Positions 48,301 to 61,015 are shown, numbered from the stretch's first letter. The stretch: DNA of 64,000 bases from Octopus sinensis (GCF_006345805.1 NW_021824847.1:1-64000); one strand, 5' to 3'. A program made the numbers and translations. Notes: generated from the sequence alone by a model not told the origin.

Positions 48301-48959
48301 ACTAAATCTATTGTTCTCAATGACATGTCTATCCTTCTGGATAGTTATAAAAGCAAGAACACCCCAAGCAAAAATCAGTCGCTGACGACTCGAGTCCAGT
48401 TACATGGTGACGACTCAACCAGGTAGTCACTTGGCGACAACGGAGTGAGGTGGCTCGTGACGACTCAACCAGTTACTAACTTCGGTGACAACGAAGTCTG
48501 GCTGACCAGTTAGAACCGTGGTCAGAGGGAGAAATGAAGTTTACTGTCAGCAACTGTGAGACAACACCCTACAACTCTCACTAGCTTCAATTCTGTTCTC
48601 TTACAACACCATTCTATCTCTCTCTGTAATTACTACTAACCAATGAAGAGGGCACAAACACAAACTTTCCTTCGCATGCTTTTGGATTTATCATAAGCTG
48701 CTCGTCGATGTATGGTTTTTTCAACGTAACGGTAAATAAATATTTCCTTAAAAACTTCATGCATTGTCCATCTTTCACATCTTACAACTTGCCGTTATAG
48801 CAACAGATTTTTATCGTCACAACTGCTGACTCCGACATTTCGTATTATTGTTTACTAATCAACATTTAACCGTTACATATATATTCTTTTACTCTTTTAT
48901 ATATTTCAGCCCTGCAGCTGTGGCCATGCTGGGACTCCGCCAGTGTAATCACCTTTTAA

Positions 48960-49640
48960 TTGGCCGATTCTATGTGATTGGCTTTTGGTGAAATAGGGAA
49001 TTCGATCCCGCTGCCTTCTTTTGAGTTTCCTGCCTTGATATTTGTTCATCTGGGACCTTGATTAGCAAGAAGTCATGTTGTTTCTTAAAAAGATCTACCC
49101 CCGCTCCATGGAGATCCCTCAGCTGCAGGCCCTTGAATCCCAAGCTTTTGCAGCACGTGGTTCTCGCCTTAGATGAAGCAACTGGGACTTTGGGAACAGT
49201 GCAGTGATGTCCAATTCGAGGTCTAGTATAACTCTCAATTTTTAAATTTGGAGCCAGTCCCTCCAGTATCTCCCACACATAATATCACTACATACCTCTC
49301 CCGTCTTTGCTCCAGGGAGTAGAGTCGTAGCATCAGGAGGCTCCTTGACTGCTTGTACTACTTTTGTATCGTCGGCATAGCTAGTAAGTGTGATTGCAAC
49401 TGATGGCATCTCTGAAAGAGACATCATGAACAGCAGCGGCCCCGATACAGTTCTCTGGGGCACACCACTTTCTATTACTGTCTCCGTGTAGAGGGCTCCG
49501 TTGGCTGCTGTCTTTTAAGAAGTCATGCAGCCACTATCCGACGTTCCCAGTTATGCTGAGTCTCCGTAGTTTGTGATATATCACCCCATGATCAACCTTG
49601 CCCTTATTAGAGGCCTTTGCAAAGTGGGTCGTTTCTCCGA
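48960..49640 (-). mobile_element. CR1/Jockey-group LINE RT and C-terminal fragment
   Basis: KVDHGVIYHKLRRLSITG, PQRTVSGPLLF...SYADDTKV and WEILEGLAPNL motifs, with frameshifts. Confidence 0.85.
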
Positions 49641-51260
49641 GTTTGATTGATGGTTCTCTTCTGGATGTATCATGTGGGGCTGGTCGGTACACAATCTGGG
49701 TCTTCCTAGATTTGACAGTGAGACAAAGGGCGCTGTATGCTCGCTTGAAGGCGTTCAGGATCTGCTAAAGGTTTCCACCCGAAAGAATTTTTTCAGCCAA
49801 TGGTTTTAAGCGATTGTTCATAATCCGAGCAAGTACCTTGCCAGCAGTTGCCAACAAGGAGATTCCTCAGCAATTTCCGTATTCAGATCATTCTCTCTTC
49901 CTCTTTTAGATAGTCACGTTGGTGAGGAGCTGGTACAGTTGATAATGGAATAGGCTTCCGCCGATTTTGTAAATCTCAGAGGGGATCCCGTCCAGCCAGC
50001 GGCCTTGTTGTCCTTCAGGGAGATGATGGTCTGTTTCACTTCAGCAATGGTTGGTAACTTGCTTAAGGAATCTAAGACGTCACTGTCAAATGTGGTATCT
50101 TGATTAAGCAGATCTTCGAAGTGTTCTCCCCACCTCGCGTTGATCTCGGCATTTTTCTTGAGGATCGTTGATCTGTCCTTACTTTTCAGTGGGGCTTGAC
50201 CACTGGCAGATGGTCCGAAGATTGCCTTCGTGGCATTAAAGTAGCCTCTGGTGTTGTTGGTATCTACAAGTTGTTGGATTTCTTTTGCTTTGTCCCTCCA
50301 CCATTCGTTTTTCAGGTTTTGAGTGGTTTTCTGAACTTCGGCTTCGTATTCTTGATATTGCTTGTGTTTTGCAGTGGATCTCTGGTCATTCTGGGAGGCG
50401 ATGAAGGCTTTTCTTTTTACATCGGTAAGTTGTTTGAGTTGCTCATCATTTTCATTGAACTAATCTTGATGTTTCTTGGACTTGAATCCGATGGTTTCTT
50501 TGCAGGTGTCCACAATGGCGGTTTTCAGTTGGTTTCAGTGTTCCCCAATGGGTAACAACGGTTTCACTTCCTGCTGTAATAGTTTTTCAAGTAGTGTTAG
50601 ACAGAGTTCCACTACTTTCTCGAAGTCTTGAAGGGTTTCAACATTGATATTTTGGTTTCGCTGTTTTCTCTTGGGTCGGATCATCATTCCCATGATTGAT
50701 GGAAACAGTCAATGGTCTGTCCAACATACATCGGCACCTATGATTGCAGTTGTCTCCATGACATCTTGTTGGTCTCTGGCATTACAATGACATAATCGAT
50801 CAGTTGACAATGTTTGGAACGTGGATGTTGCTAGCTAGACTTTGTGTTTGGCTTTCTGGCGAAATAAGATGTTAGTGATTACCAGGTCATGTTCTGCACA
50901 TTTTGCCATAAGGAGTGTTCCATTTGCGGTGATTTTGCCAACCCTTATCTTCCCGATGGTGCCTTTCCAGAGGTTGTGATCTCTTCCAACTCTGACATTG
51001 AAGTCTCCTAGTAAAATGATTTTGTCACTTTTGGGGATGGACGAGAGAATGTTGTCGAGGTGGGCATAGAAATCCTCCTTCACTTCATTTTTCCCGGTTG
51101 ACTGTTCGGTGAGTTTGTGTAGACAATTCTTGATGGCAAAATTCACTCCGTGGACTCTTGATTGTTTCGGATCTAGCCCATTCCAGAAAAAAGTATATTG
51201 GCCTTATTCTTCCCTCAGTCGACCCTCTCCAGCTCTGTCGATCATACTCAGAGCGACGAT
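49641..51260 (-). mobile_element. Decayed RTE-clade LINE (APE endonuclease and RT N-terminus)
   Basis: KEDFYAHLDNILSSIPKSDKIILLGDFNVRVG, WTDH, RWGEHFEDLLN and KAAGWDGIPSEIYK motifs, with many stops. Confidence 0.88.
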
Positions 51261-53739
51261 GTCAAAAAAAAAAAAAAAAAAAAACGCGCCCGGATAACCG
51301 ATAATGGTAAAATCAACAGAATATTAACGGAATAAACAGGGCCTCTTATGACTAGATACCTAATAAAATGTGTAATTTTAGGAACAAATGCCCCCTAAAT
51401 TACCGATGTCTAAATAAGGATATTAAATATTTAAGTGCACTGTAAAAACACACGAGGGTGTCTATTACTACATAGGTGCTTTCGCAACGAAATTCAAGGA
51501 ATACATGATCTTATTCACTCTTTAAAAAAATACACTGCCTGTCATTGGCCAAGTTCATCTCGGATTTCATAGGGAATAATATAAACTATTCTATCTCGTG
51601 GTCTATTATAGGCAGTGCTCTTCCATATAGAGGAGACGGTGGGAATTGCAATTTGTTCTTAATGGAGGCATTTGAATTACGTAATTGCAAATCAAACCGA
51701 ATAAACTTACCTGGGTATAAATAAAATCAATGCCTAGGTTATATTATTACTGGTCCTTCGTCTTCTTTCTTCATTTACCACCTATGTAATATACTGAGTA
51801 CGCTTTTACTAATTTGAAATCCTTAATATAATCCTTAATTATTGCACCTAACGTGATTTAATTTAATCTCATATTATAAAAGAGAAGCTGGTCACTATTT
51901 GTCTGACCGTAACAACATCTGTGTAGAGAGAAAGGGAAGAAGTGGTGGAGAAAAAGTTATTGTTCGGAGAGATACAGCGTGAGAGAGAGAAAGAGTGTGG
52001 TGTGTGTGTGAGTGTGTGTGCGTGTGCGTGTGCGTGCGTGTGCGTGTGCGTGCGTGTGTGTGTATGTGTGTAAGAAAGAGAGAGAGACAGTGAATGATAG
52101 ATAAGTAGGTAGTGTTGTCACCTTGGTAACTAACAAGTTTTGATTAAAACTGTAGGAATTTTAGGTGCAAGTCTGTCAACACAACACAACACAGGAAAAA
52201 AACTATATGTAGTAACGATCGGTTTTTTAAAAATTCATTTTAAACGTAGTAAATCTGGTATTTCTCGAAAGGAACAGAGAGGCAGATAATTTGGTTATAA
52301 ACTATATATAATATTACTTTGCACTCAGTTGACGTCCTCTCAATATCTGTTCTAGTAAAATTATCACGCATCCCTACTACAGTCTGGCTACCAAATAAAC
52401 TTGATAAGCAGCAATAATATTCCCTAAGCTAGGTTCTTATACATACATACACAACACAACTTTGCTAAGTATAGTAATGATAGGAATTTGAATGGGGATC
52501 AGTTTATTTTTTTGCAAATATAACTTGCAACTGTTAATCTTTGGATATGGAACTATTTATTAGGCAAAAGAAAGACCGTTTGGTAGTATTATGTTACAAA
52601 AACAACTGCCTACCTACTCGAGCTGTCGCACTGGTACGACAGAATAAGAAGGTAAGCTATCTTGTTTGAAAATACACAGAAACCTTCCTTTTGCTCTCCA
52701 AAGTACAGCTGAAAGCAGCGACCATAGATACATGAAATGGGATTTTCATTAGATGAGAAAAGGCATTTGGCACAAAATGTGTTGCTTTTAAAATTTGAGG
52801 ACATGGTAGAGACAAGTTCATTTAGTACATCGCACGCCAGCCCACAGACTATTCTTGCAGGATATGAAGCAAATAAGCAATTGGGTCATTGTAAAAGACA
52901 ACGTGACAGCATTGACTCCTTTGCTTGTGGTTATTTTGGCAGCGTGGAGGCGCAATGGCCCAGTGGTTAGGGCAGCGGACTCGCGGTCATAGGATCGCGG
53001 TTTCGATTCCCAGACCGGACGTTGTGAGTGTTTATTGAGCGAAAACACCTAAAGCTCCACGAGGCTCCGGCAGGGGATGGTGGTGATCCCTGCTGTACTC
53101 TTTCACCACAACTTTCTCTCACTTTTACTTCCTGTTTCTGTTGTACCTGTATTTCAAGAGGCCGGCCTTGTCACTCTCTGTGTCACGCTGAATATCCCCC
53201 GAGAACTACGTTAAGAGTGCACATGTCTGTGGAGTGCTCAGCCACTTACACGTTAATTTCACGAGCAGGCTGTTCCGTTGATCCTACGACCGCTTGCCCG
53301 CGATCCTACGACCGCTTGTCCGCTGCCCTAACCACTGGGCCATTACGCCTCCACTTAGCAAGAGTATAATACTCAAGCTAAATTGCTCTCCTCTTTTTTG
53401 GTAAATCGGCGCCAACTTCTATTTTCCTTCCTCTTCCCTCTTCACGCCGCCGAAGGAGAAGCAACACCTTTACGCGAGGGACAATGCAACCTTTACAGTT
53501 TCTATTTTGCCTTGACCTTCTTGCTCTCTCTCCCTATCTTGCTCTTGCTCTCTCTCTCTCTCTCCACTCTCTCTCTCCACTCTCTCTCTCCACTTTTTCT
53601 CTCTCTCCACTCTCTCTCTCTCTCCACTCTCTCTCTCTTCTCTCCACTCTCTCTCTCTCTCTCCACTCTCCCTCTCTCTCTAGTAGTCACAGAGATGAAA
53701 CTAACTACTAATTTTCATATAGAATGGACTGGAGATATA

Positions 53740-54286
53740 TTGGGTTGTCCGGAAAGTTCGTGCCGATTTTTAAAGGAAAGAAAAAGGGTCAATAAATACT
53801 TGCCATTAATTTTTAGTCAACCAAATATGAACCGTTTTGTTGCACAATCATCTCCATCCTTCCTTTAACTTGAAAATACCCTCTTCCCAGAATTGTGGTG
53901 GTTTCATGGCAAAGAATTCATCAAGGTATCTTTTTACGTCATCCAAGGAATTGAAATTTTTACCATTAAGACTATTCTGCAGAGACTTGAATAAGTGGAA
54001 ATCCGAAGGAGCAATATCTGGTGGATATGGGGGTGGGGTAATATATCTCAGCCGAGCTGCAGCAATTTTTGTCTGGTTCCCAAAGCATCAAGTGCCGAAA
54101 ATGAACTTTCTTGTCTTCCATTTACAGAATTACACAGGTTATAGGAACATAAACCTTCTTCCAGAGCTTAAACTGTGCTCTAAATGGAGGTGTAATCAAA
54201 TCCCATTTTATGGACTCAACAATGTTCTCAAATAAGTCGAAAGGCAAGCTACTATAAACCGGCACGAACTTTCCGGACAACCCCAA
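53740..54286 (-). mobile_element. Internally deleted mariner element
   Basis: TIRs TTGGGTTGTCCGGAAAGTTCGTGCCG at both ends; remnant PPYPPDIAPSDFHLFKSLQNSL (mariner YSPDLAP motif). Confidence 0.9.
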
Positions 54287-55280
54287 ACAAATAACTAATG
54301 TACACAAACAAGCATAAAATATTATTTTCCATATTCAAATGACTAACATTAGAACCATCACATAAATAAACGGCCATCTTAATAATTACTTAATATTAAG
54401 GTGGCGAGCGGGCAGAATCGTTAGCACGCCGAACGGAATGCTTAGCGCCATTTCGTTCGTCTTCACGTTCTGATTTCAAGTTCTGCCGTGGTCGACTTTA
54501 CCTTTCATCCTTTCATGGTCGTTAAAGTAAGTACCAGTGAAATACTGGGGTCGATGTAAGCGACTAGTCCCCATCCCCAAAATTTCAGGCCTTGTGTCTT
54601 TAGTAGAAAGGATTATTATTATCATTATTAATTAATTAATTATTTTGTCTTTGGTCAATAACTGTTATTTCCTATTTGCTTCTATTTAGAAATCAAAGGA
54701 AATGACTACTATTCCCTTCAAACATTGCTTTTGTGACCTGGACATCAATGCCTTGAAACTGACCTATTTTCCATTACACTTCAGACAGATTCAGCACTGA
54801 GTTGCTGAAGCAGAAATATCGTTATAGCAAATATTCTGTTCAATACCACAGATTTGCTGACCAGTTGCTTGACCGTAACCACTTGAGCAGGTCCCTTAGT
54901 GGCTGACAATATGTATATCTCTGATGATTAGCAAGAATAGTGGCGGAACATTATAGCCATGTGTTGTGGGTGATTCTTTGGGATTTGAATAAACGCAAGA
55001 AAAGCAAAATTTGAAGGAAATCTTAGCCATTTTTCGTACTTTTTAAGGATACGAAAATAGGAAATAACAATTGCTACCCAGGGGCAAAAATCGTTTTACG
55101 GTGTTTATCGTTAATTCATTATGCATGCAGTAAATTTTAGCTTTTAACTAGAAGGATGAATTTTATAGTATTATTTATTTGTTTTATTTTGTTTATTCAA
55201 TATATATATATTTTTTTCTTTGCCCTGACCACCTCATTTTGAATCGCTGTTCAAATTTCCTGCAGAAATCACAGATCATG

Positions 55281-56593
55281 CTATATCGAAGGTGAGAACG
55301 ATTGGCAGCTCGGTTTTTTGTAGCAGACGTAGATTGTTGACGTGTTAGAGCGGTCGTAGCCACTGGAATATTCACAGTAGGGCGGTGTCATTTCGCTGAC
55401 ACAAATCCTGCCTGAGCTGTCTCGGTTGATACTAACTTGGCTAAATACTGCTGACTGTTCACAGGAACACATGGAACATACTGAACACGAACACGAACAC
55501 GAAGGCGTCGACAAAGGAGACATATATGAATATCCTGACAAGCAGCTACAATAAGATATTGTCGAAGAATACAAGGGCGAGGAACTTCTGTCCCTTTCCT
55601 CCTTTTCAGCTTTTTTGCGCTCCTCTGAAGTATCACTTTCACCATCTTTTGAACCACGCCTTTTGCCGTCTTTGCGGCGTGATTTGCTGTCTTCGCGCCC
55701 TTTGCCGTCTTCGCGCCCTTTGCGCCCTTTGCGCGCCCTTTGCGGCCTTTGCGCCCTTTGCGACCCTTGCGTCCTTTGCGACCCTTTTTCCCACTTTTCC
55801 CACTTTTCCCTTCGCCTGTACCTTCTTCGCCTGAACCTTCTTCGCCTGAACCTTCTTCGCCTGAACCGTATTCATCGCTTGAACCGTATTCACCGCTTTC
55901 ACCTGAAGAACCACTCCCGTCTTCATCTGAAGAACCGCTTGCGCCTTCCTCCTCCTCATCCTCCCCCTCCCCCCCAGGTCCTAGTTCGCCCCTCGATTTC
56001 TGTTTTCTGCGTCTCTTTGAACTACGCTTTCTAGCACGTTTAGAACTTTTGTCCGTCCCCGAACCTGAACTTTCATCGCTGCCTTCCTCGTCTGTGAGTT
56101 GCGATTCGTCAACACTTCCTTCATCCGACGCCATTATGCCCCTGCCCTTCTTGCCTCTGCCTCTCCTTTTCTTTTTGCGTTTCTTGTCTGCAGAGCTGTC
56201 GACGGAAGCCGAGTCAGAAGCCTTCTTTCTCCCTTTCTTTTTCCTCCTCTTCTCCGCCAGTTTCTTTCTCCTTCTTTCTTCTTTCTCTTTCTCCTCTTTC
56301 TTTGCTGCCTTTTCTTTATCTTCCTGTCTTCTCATCATCAATTCGAACTTGTCCGGTACATAAACTTCCTCTTCCGGCATCTCTTCGTATGCGATACTCT
56401 GTTTGAAAAGTGGACATTCTTTTTTCGCAACACCGAACGGTGTACATTTTGTATAGTCCATGTAAAGATTGAACAACTGCCTTTCATTGTTTTTGGCCAC
56501 GGTGCGTGCATAGTAGGTTTTCCAGTGGTTGTAAGCTGCATAGTCGAAGGCCTCTTGTAACTGGGTTAAGTATTTGATACGGCATCGCCGATA
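55281..56593 (-). CDS. Large terminal exon of an unidentified gene (K/R/E/S/G-rich low-complexity protein) with apparent frameshift at 55731-55732
   Basis: TTTTGTTTTGACAG acceptor at 56594, phase 0: YRRCRIKYLTQLQEAFDYAAYNHWKTYY..., then basic and acidic blocks and (KGR)n. An extra GC in the AAA-GGG-CGC repeat shifts the frame; without it the protein continues KGREDGK...SCSCSCSVCSMCSC...SPSI*. AATAAA at 55192-55197. Confidence 0.8.
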
Positions 56594-56649
56594 CTGTCAA
56601 AACAAAACAAAAAAATAATAATAATAATAAAATCATTAAAAAATGAACT

Positions 56650-57660
56650 GTGTAGTAAGTAGCTTGCTAACCAACCACATGGTTCCGGGTTCAGTCCCAC
56701 TGCGTGGCATCTGGGGGGCAAGTGTCTTCTGCTATAGCCCCGGGCCGACCAATGCCTTGTGAGTGGATTTGGTAGACGGAAACTGAAAGAAACCCTCGTA
56801 TAATGTGTATATATATATATAGGCGAAGGAGTGGCTGTGTGGTACGTAGCTTGCTAACCAACCACATGGTTCCGGGTTCATCCCACTGCGTGGCATCTTG
56901 AGCAAGTGTCTTCTGCTATAGCCCCGGGCCGACCAATGCCTTGTGAGTGGATTTGGTAGACGGAAACTGAAAGAAGCCTGTCGTATATATATATATATAT
57001 ATACATGTAGGAGTGGCTGTGTGGTAAGTAGCTTGCTAACCAACCACATGGTTACGGGTTCAGTCCCACTGCGTGACATCTTGAGCAAGTGTCTTCTGCT
57101 ATAGCCCCGGCCGACCAATGCCTTGTGAGTGGATTTGGTAGACGAAACTGAAAGAAGCCTGTCGTATATATGTATATATATATATACATGTAGGAGTGGC
57201 TGAGTGGTAAGTAGCTTGCTAATCAACCACATGGTTCCGGTTCAGTCCCACTGCGTGGTATCTTGGGCAAGTGTCTTCTGCTATAGCCCCGGGCCGACCA
57301 ATGCCTTGGTGTGATTTGGTAGACGGAAAGTGAAAGAAGCCTGTCGTATATATGTATAATATATATATATATATATATAATATATATATCTATATATATA
57401 TATATATATATATATATTATGTATGTGTGTGGTGTTGGTGTGTCTGTGTTTGTCCCCCTAGCATTGCTTGACAACCGATGCTGGTGTGTTTACGTCCCCG
57501 TCACTTAGCGGTTCGGCAAAAGAGACCGATAGAATAAGTACTGGGCTTACAAAGAATAAGTCCCGGGGTCGATTTGCTCGACTATAAAGGCGGTGCTCCA
57601 GCATGGCCGCAGTCAAATGACTGAAACAAGTAAAAGAGTAAAAGAGTAAAAGAGTAAATA
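56650..57660 (+). repeat. Tandem array of SINE 5' halves ending in one complete SINE
   Basis: Head module repeated at ~56650, 56821, 57008 and 57190, separated by (TA)n. Confidence 0.88.
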
Positions 57661-57938
57661 AATGATGGCTGATCTATTACAAGTTCCTTTTTATATATTT
57701 ACAAAAAAAAAGCCTCTTGCAGCAGGCGTAGGTGTGCTTGTCAACCACATGGTTCTGGGTTCAGTCCCACTGCTCGCCATCTTGGGCAAGTGTGTTATAT
57801 GAGAGGATTTATGAGAGGGTTTGGTAGAGGGAAACTGAAGGAAGCCCTACACTTTTTACCGTCGGTGAATGATTTCCTTTTTGATTTTCAATTGCGTCTA
57901 GCCACCTTAATTATTTTATGTGTGAGTGTTTGTGCCTG

Positions 57939-57974
<36 letters not shown>

Positions 57975-58127
57975 TGTATGTATGTATGTATGTATGTATG
58001 TATGCATGCATGCATGCATGTATGTATGTATGTATGTATGTATGTATGTATTTATGTATGTATGTATGTATATATATATGTATGTTTGTATATGTGTATA
58101 TATATATACACATATATACATACATCG

Positions 58128-58303
58128 TAGCTTAGTTTTTCCTTGGGGCTGGCCGGATCGGAGCGATCTCAAGATTAATCTGCCGAAATTGCTAGGATGA
58201 TCCGGTTCTTGACTGAAGATTGAAGGCTTCGAATGTCCCGTCCGTGTTTTTTGTATCGTCTTCTAAATGTTTTACGTTCTTGTCCCAGTTTGTATTTTTC
58301 TAC

Positions 58304-58350
<47 letters not shown>

Positions 58351-58599
58351 CCAAAGTGTACGTACGCCGCTTTATATTTTTATATACTAAAAACAATGGG
58401 ACAAGAACGCAAAACATCCAGACAGTTAGGTGAAACAGAAAAGGGACAACAAAGCATCCAAGCAGACGATACAAAGAAAACAAGGACGGGTCATTCGGAG
58501 TTTTCTATCCTCAGTCGAGTTCCAAAATGTCTTTGCAATTTCGGCTGGTTATACTCGAGATTGCTCCAATCTGGCCAGCCCCAAGGAAAAACTAAGCTA
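58128..58599. mobile_element. Foldback/MITE-like element with long imperfect inverted arms around a (TA)n centre
   Basis: TAGCTTAGTTTTTCCTTGGGGCTGGCC.. at the left end, ..GGCCAGCCCCAAGGAAAAACTAAGCTA at the right; arm similarity continues inward for about 170 bp. Confidence 0.7.
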
Positions 58600-59167
58600 A
58601 GAGCATTAGATTCCTTGGAAGAAAGCAGCGAATGTATACGAAAACAAGGACGGAAAAAAACGGAGAATGTTACACAAATACAAATGCAAATAACAGGTCA
58701 TAGCAACAGGTGTCTTTCGACTAAGGGTGAGTTAAATTAAGCTGGCGTGTGTGGAAGTAAAGCCTTCAGGTAGGGACATAATATTTCACAGGGAGGAATA
58801 TAGATGTTGTACGGATGGTGGTCGAACCAAGAAAGGAAGATCAGGCTTGGCCGAACACTGGTCACGTGGCGAGAGAAGAGAGAGAGGTAGAGGCAGAGGG
58901 ATAGAAGACTTAAGGAGGGGCGGGGAGAAAAGGGGACACAGTGAAGTAAAAAGAGGAGGGAAAGTGAGCATGAAGAGAAGACGAGGAAATGTGAGAGAGG
59001 GGAACGAAGGAACGAAGAGTAGAATGAACGAAGTAAGCGTGAAAGGGCTGATAGAAAGAAGGAAAGAAAAAAGAATAAAAGAATAGTCGTACAAGACTTA
59101 GATAAATATATTACTTAAAGAGACCAAAGTGTACGTACGCCGCTCTACATTTTTTATATATAGAAAA

Positions 59168-59554
59168 GTGGAGGCGCAATGGCCCAGTGGTTAGGGCAGC
59201 GGACTCGCGGTCATAGGATCGCGGTTTCGATTCCCAGACCGGCCGTTGTGAGTGTTTATTGAGCGAAAACACCTAAAGCTCCACGAGGCTCCGGCAGGGG
59301 ATGGTGGTGATCCCTGCTGTACTCTTTCACCACAACTTCTCTCACTCCCTACTTCCTCCTGTTTCTGTTGTACCTGTATTTCAAAGGGCCGGCCTTGTCA
59401 CTCTCTGTGTCACGCTGGATATCCCCGAGAACTACGTTAAGGGTATACGTGTCTGTGGAGTGCTCAGCCACTTGCACGTTAATTTCACGAGCAGGCTGTT
59501 CCATTGATTCGGATCAACCGGAACCCTCGTCGTCGGAACCGACGGAGTGCTTCC
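59168..59554 (+). mobile_element. tRNA-Arg(TCG)-derived SINE, full length (octopus OR-like)
   Basis: Head GGAGGCGCAATGGCCCAGTGGTTAGGGCAGCGGACTCGCGGTC with A/B boxes; 12-bp TSD ATATATAGAAAA. Other copies: ~1801-1965, 16773-17160 (-), 23274-23660 (-), 29078-29450, 35563-35640, 52944-53280; head variants at 15835-16110 and 24223-24340. Confidence 0.9.
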
Positions 59555-59806
59555 ATATATAGAAAAAATGGGATAAGAACGCAAAACATCCGGACAAATA
59601 GGTGAAACAAAAAAAGGGACAACAAAACATCCAGACATGCGATACAAAGAAAACAAGGACGGGTCGTCCCTAAAGTGACTAAGGGCACTAATCAGCGGCA
59701 GCATTGCTAGAAATAAGAGTCAGAACAACTCAATATCCACAGCAAGCACTTGTCTGACAAAAGAATAAGACTGACAAGGGAGGCAAGTTCCCTACAGCCT
59801 GCAGAT

Positions 59807-59874
59807 ATAGCCAGACCATCGATGATTTTGTATTTTGATGCTCATGTATGTTAATACTCATCAGTGGTTCCTAT
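59807..59874 (-). pseudogene. Decayed type I hammerhead (G12A)
   Basis: ATAG GAA CCA CTGATGA GTATT..AATAC AAAA TCATCGATG GTC TGG CTAT: all helices are present but GAAA reads AAAA, consistent with CpG decay. Confidence 0.55.
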
Positions 59875-60357
59875 CGCGCCTTGGGTTAAACTCAGCTCAC
59901 CTTGTCAGCCGACAAATCGAGCTGAATATAATCAGTATTATATACATATAGGCGCAGGAGTGGCTGTGTGGTAAGTAGCTTGCTTACCAACCACATGGTT
60001 CCGGGTTCAGTCCCACTGCGTGGCATCTTGGGCAAGTGTTTTCTACTATAGCCTCGGGCCGACCAAAGCCTTGTGAGAGGATTTGGTAGACGGAAACTGA
60101 AAGAAGCCCATCATGTATATGTACATATATGCATGCTTGTGTCTGTTTGTGTGTCTGTGTTTGTCCCCCTAGCATTGCTTGACAACCTATGCTGGTGTGT
60201 TTATGTCCCCGTTACTTAGCGGTTCGGCAAAAGAGACCGATAGAATAAGTACTGGGCTTACAAAAGAATAAGTCCCGGGGTCGAGTTGCTCGACTAAAGG
60301 CGGTGATCCAGCATGGCCGCAGTCAAATGACTGAAACAAGTAAAAGAATATAGAATA

Positions 60358-60780
60358 AGGCTGCGAGCTGGCAGAACCGTTATCATACCGGGCGAAATGC
60401 TAAGCGGTATTTCGTCTGCCGTTACGTTCTGAGTTCAAATTCCGCCGAGGTCGACTTTGCCTTTCATCCTTTCGGGGTCGATAAATTAAGTACCAGTTAC
60501 GCACCGGGGTCGATGTAATCGACTTAATCCGTTTGTCTGTCCTTGTTTGTCCCCTCTGTGTTTAGCCCCTTGTGGGTAGTAAAGAAATAAGGTATTTTGT
60601 CTGCCTCTACGTTCTGAGTTCAAATTCCGCCGAGGTCGACTTTGCCTTTCGTCCTTTCGGGGTCGATAAATTAAGTACCAGTTACGCACTGGGATCGATG
60701 TAATCGACTTAATCCGTTTGTCTGTCCTTGTTTGTCCCCTCTGTGTTTAGCCCCTTGTGGGTAGTAAAGAAATAGGTATT
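60358..60780 (+). mobile_element. SINE family GGCGGCGAGCTGGCAGAA..., often as tandem dimers
   Basis: Conserved GAGGTCGACTTTGCCTTTCATCCTTTCGGGGTCGATAAATTAAGTACC core. Copies at ~2742-3200, 8152-8370, 8713-8960, 9240-9635 (-), 17490-17720 (-), 20354-20705 (-), 21730-22320 (-), 28826-29060, 54399-54620. Confidence 0.88.
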
Positions 60781-60982
60781 ATATATATATAGGATGTTCC
60801 CAGAGAAGCACTCGACCCGATTACAGGGCCATCAACACAGTCGGGTTCCAGGCCAAAGAGACCGATAGAATAAGTACTAGGCTTACAAAGTAAAAGTCCT
60901 GGGGTCGATTTGCTCGACTAAAGGCGGTGCTCCAGCATAACCAATCACATGACTGAAACAAGTAAAAGAGTATATATATATA

Positions 60983-61015
<33 letters not shown>

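Noticed and set aside
48370-48520. Repeated TGACGACTC motifs (LTR enhancer or ribozyme)
   Set aside because: No second LTR, TG..CA ends, TSD or GAAA identified; left unclassified.
51705-51790. Strong CCAG|GTAAGT donor on the - strand
   Set aside because: Upstream segment has stops in all frames; could be a non-coding exon but cannot be supported from sequence alone.
58196-58245. CTGAAGA/CTGAGGA motifs in both foldback arms as hammerheads
   Set aside because: Followed by GAAT rather than GAAA in both arms, with no proximal stem I or valid stem II.
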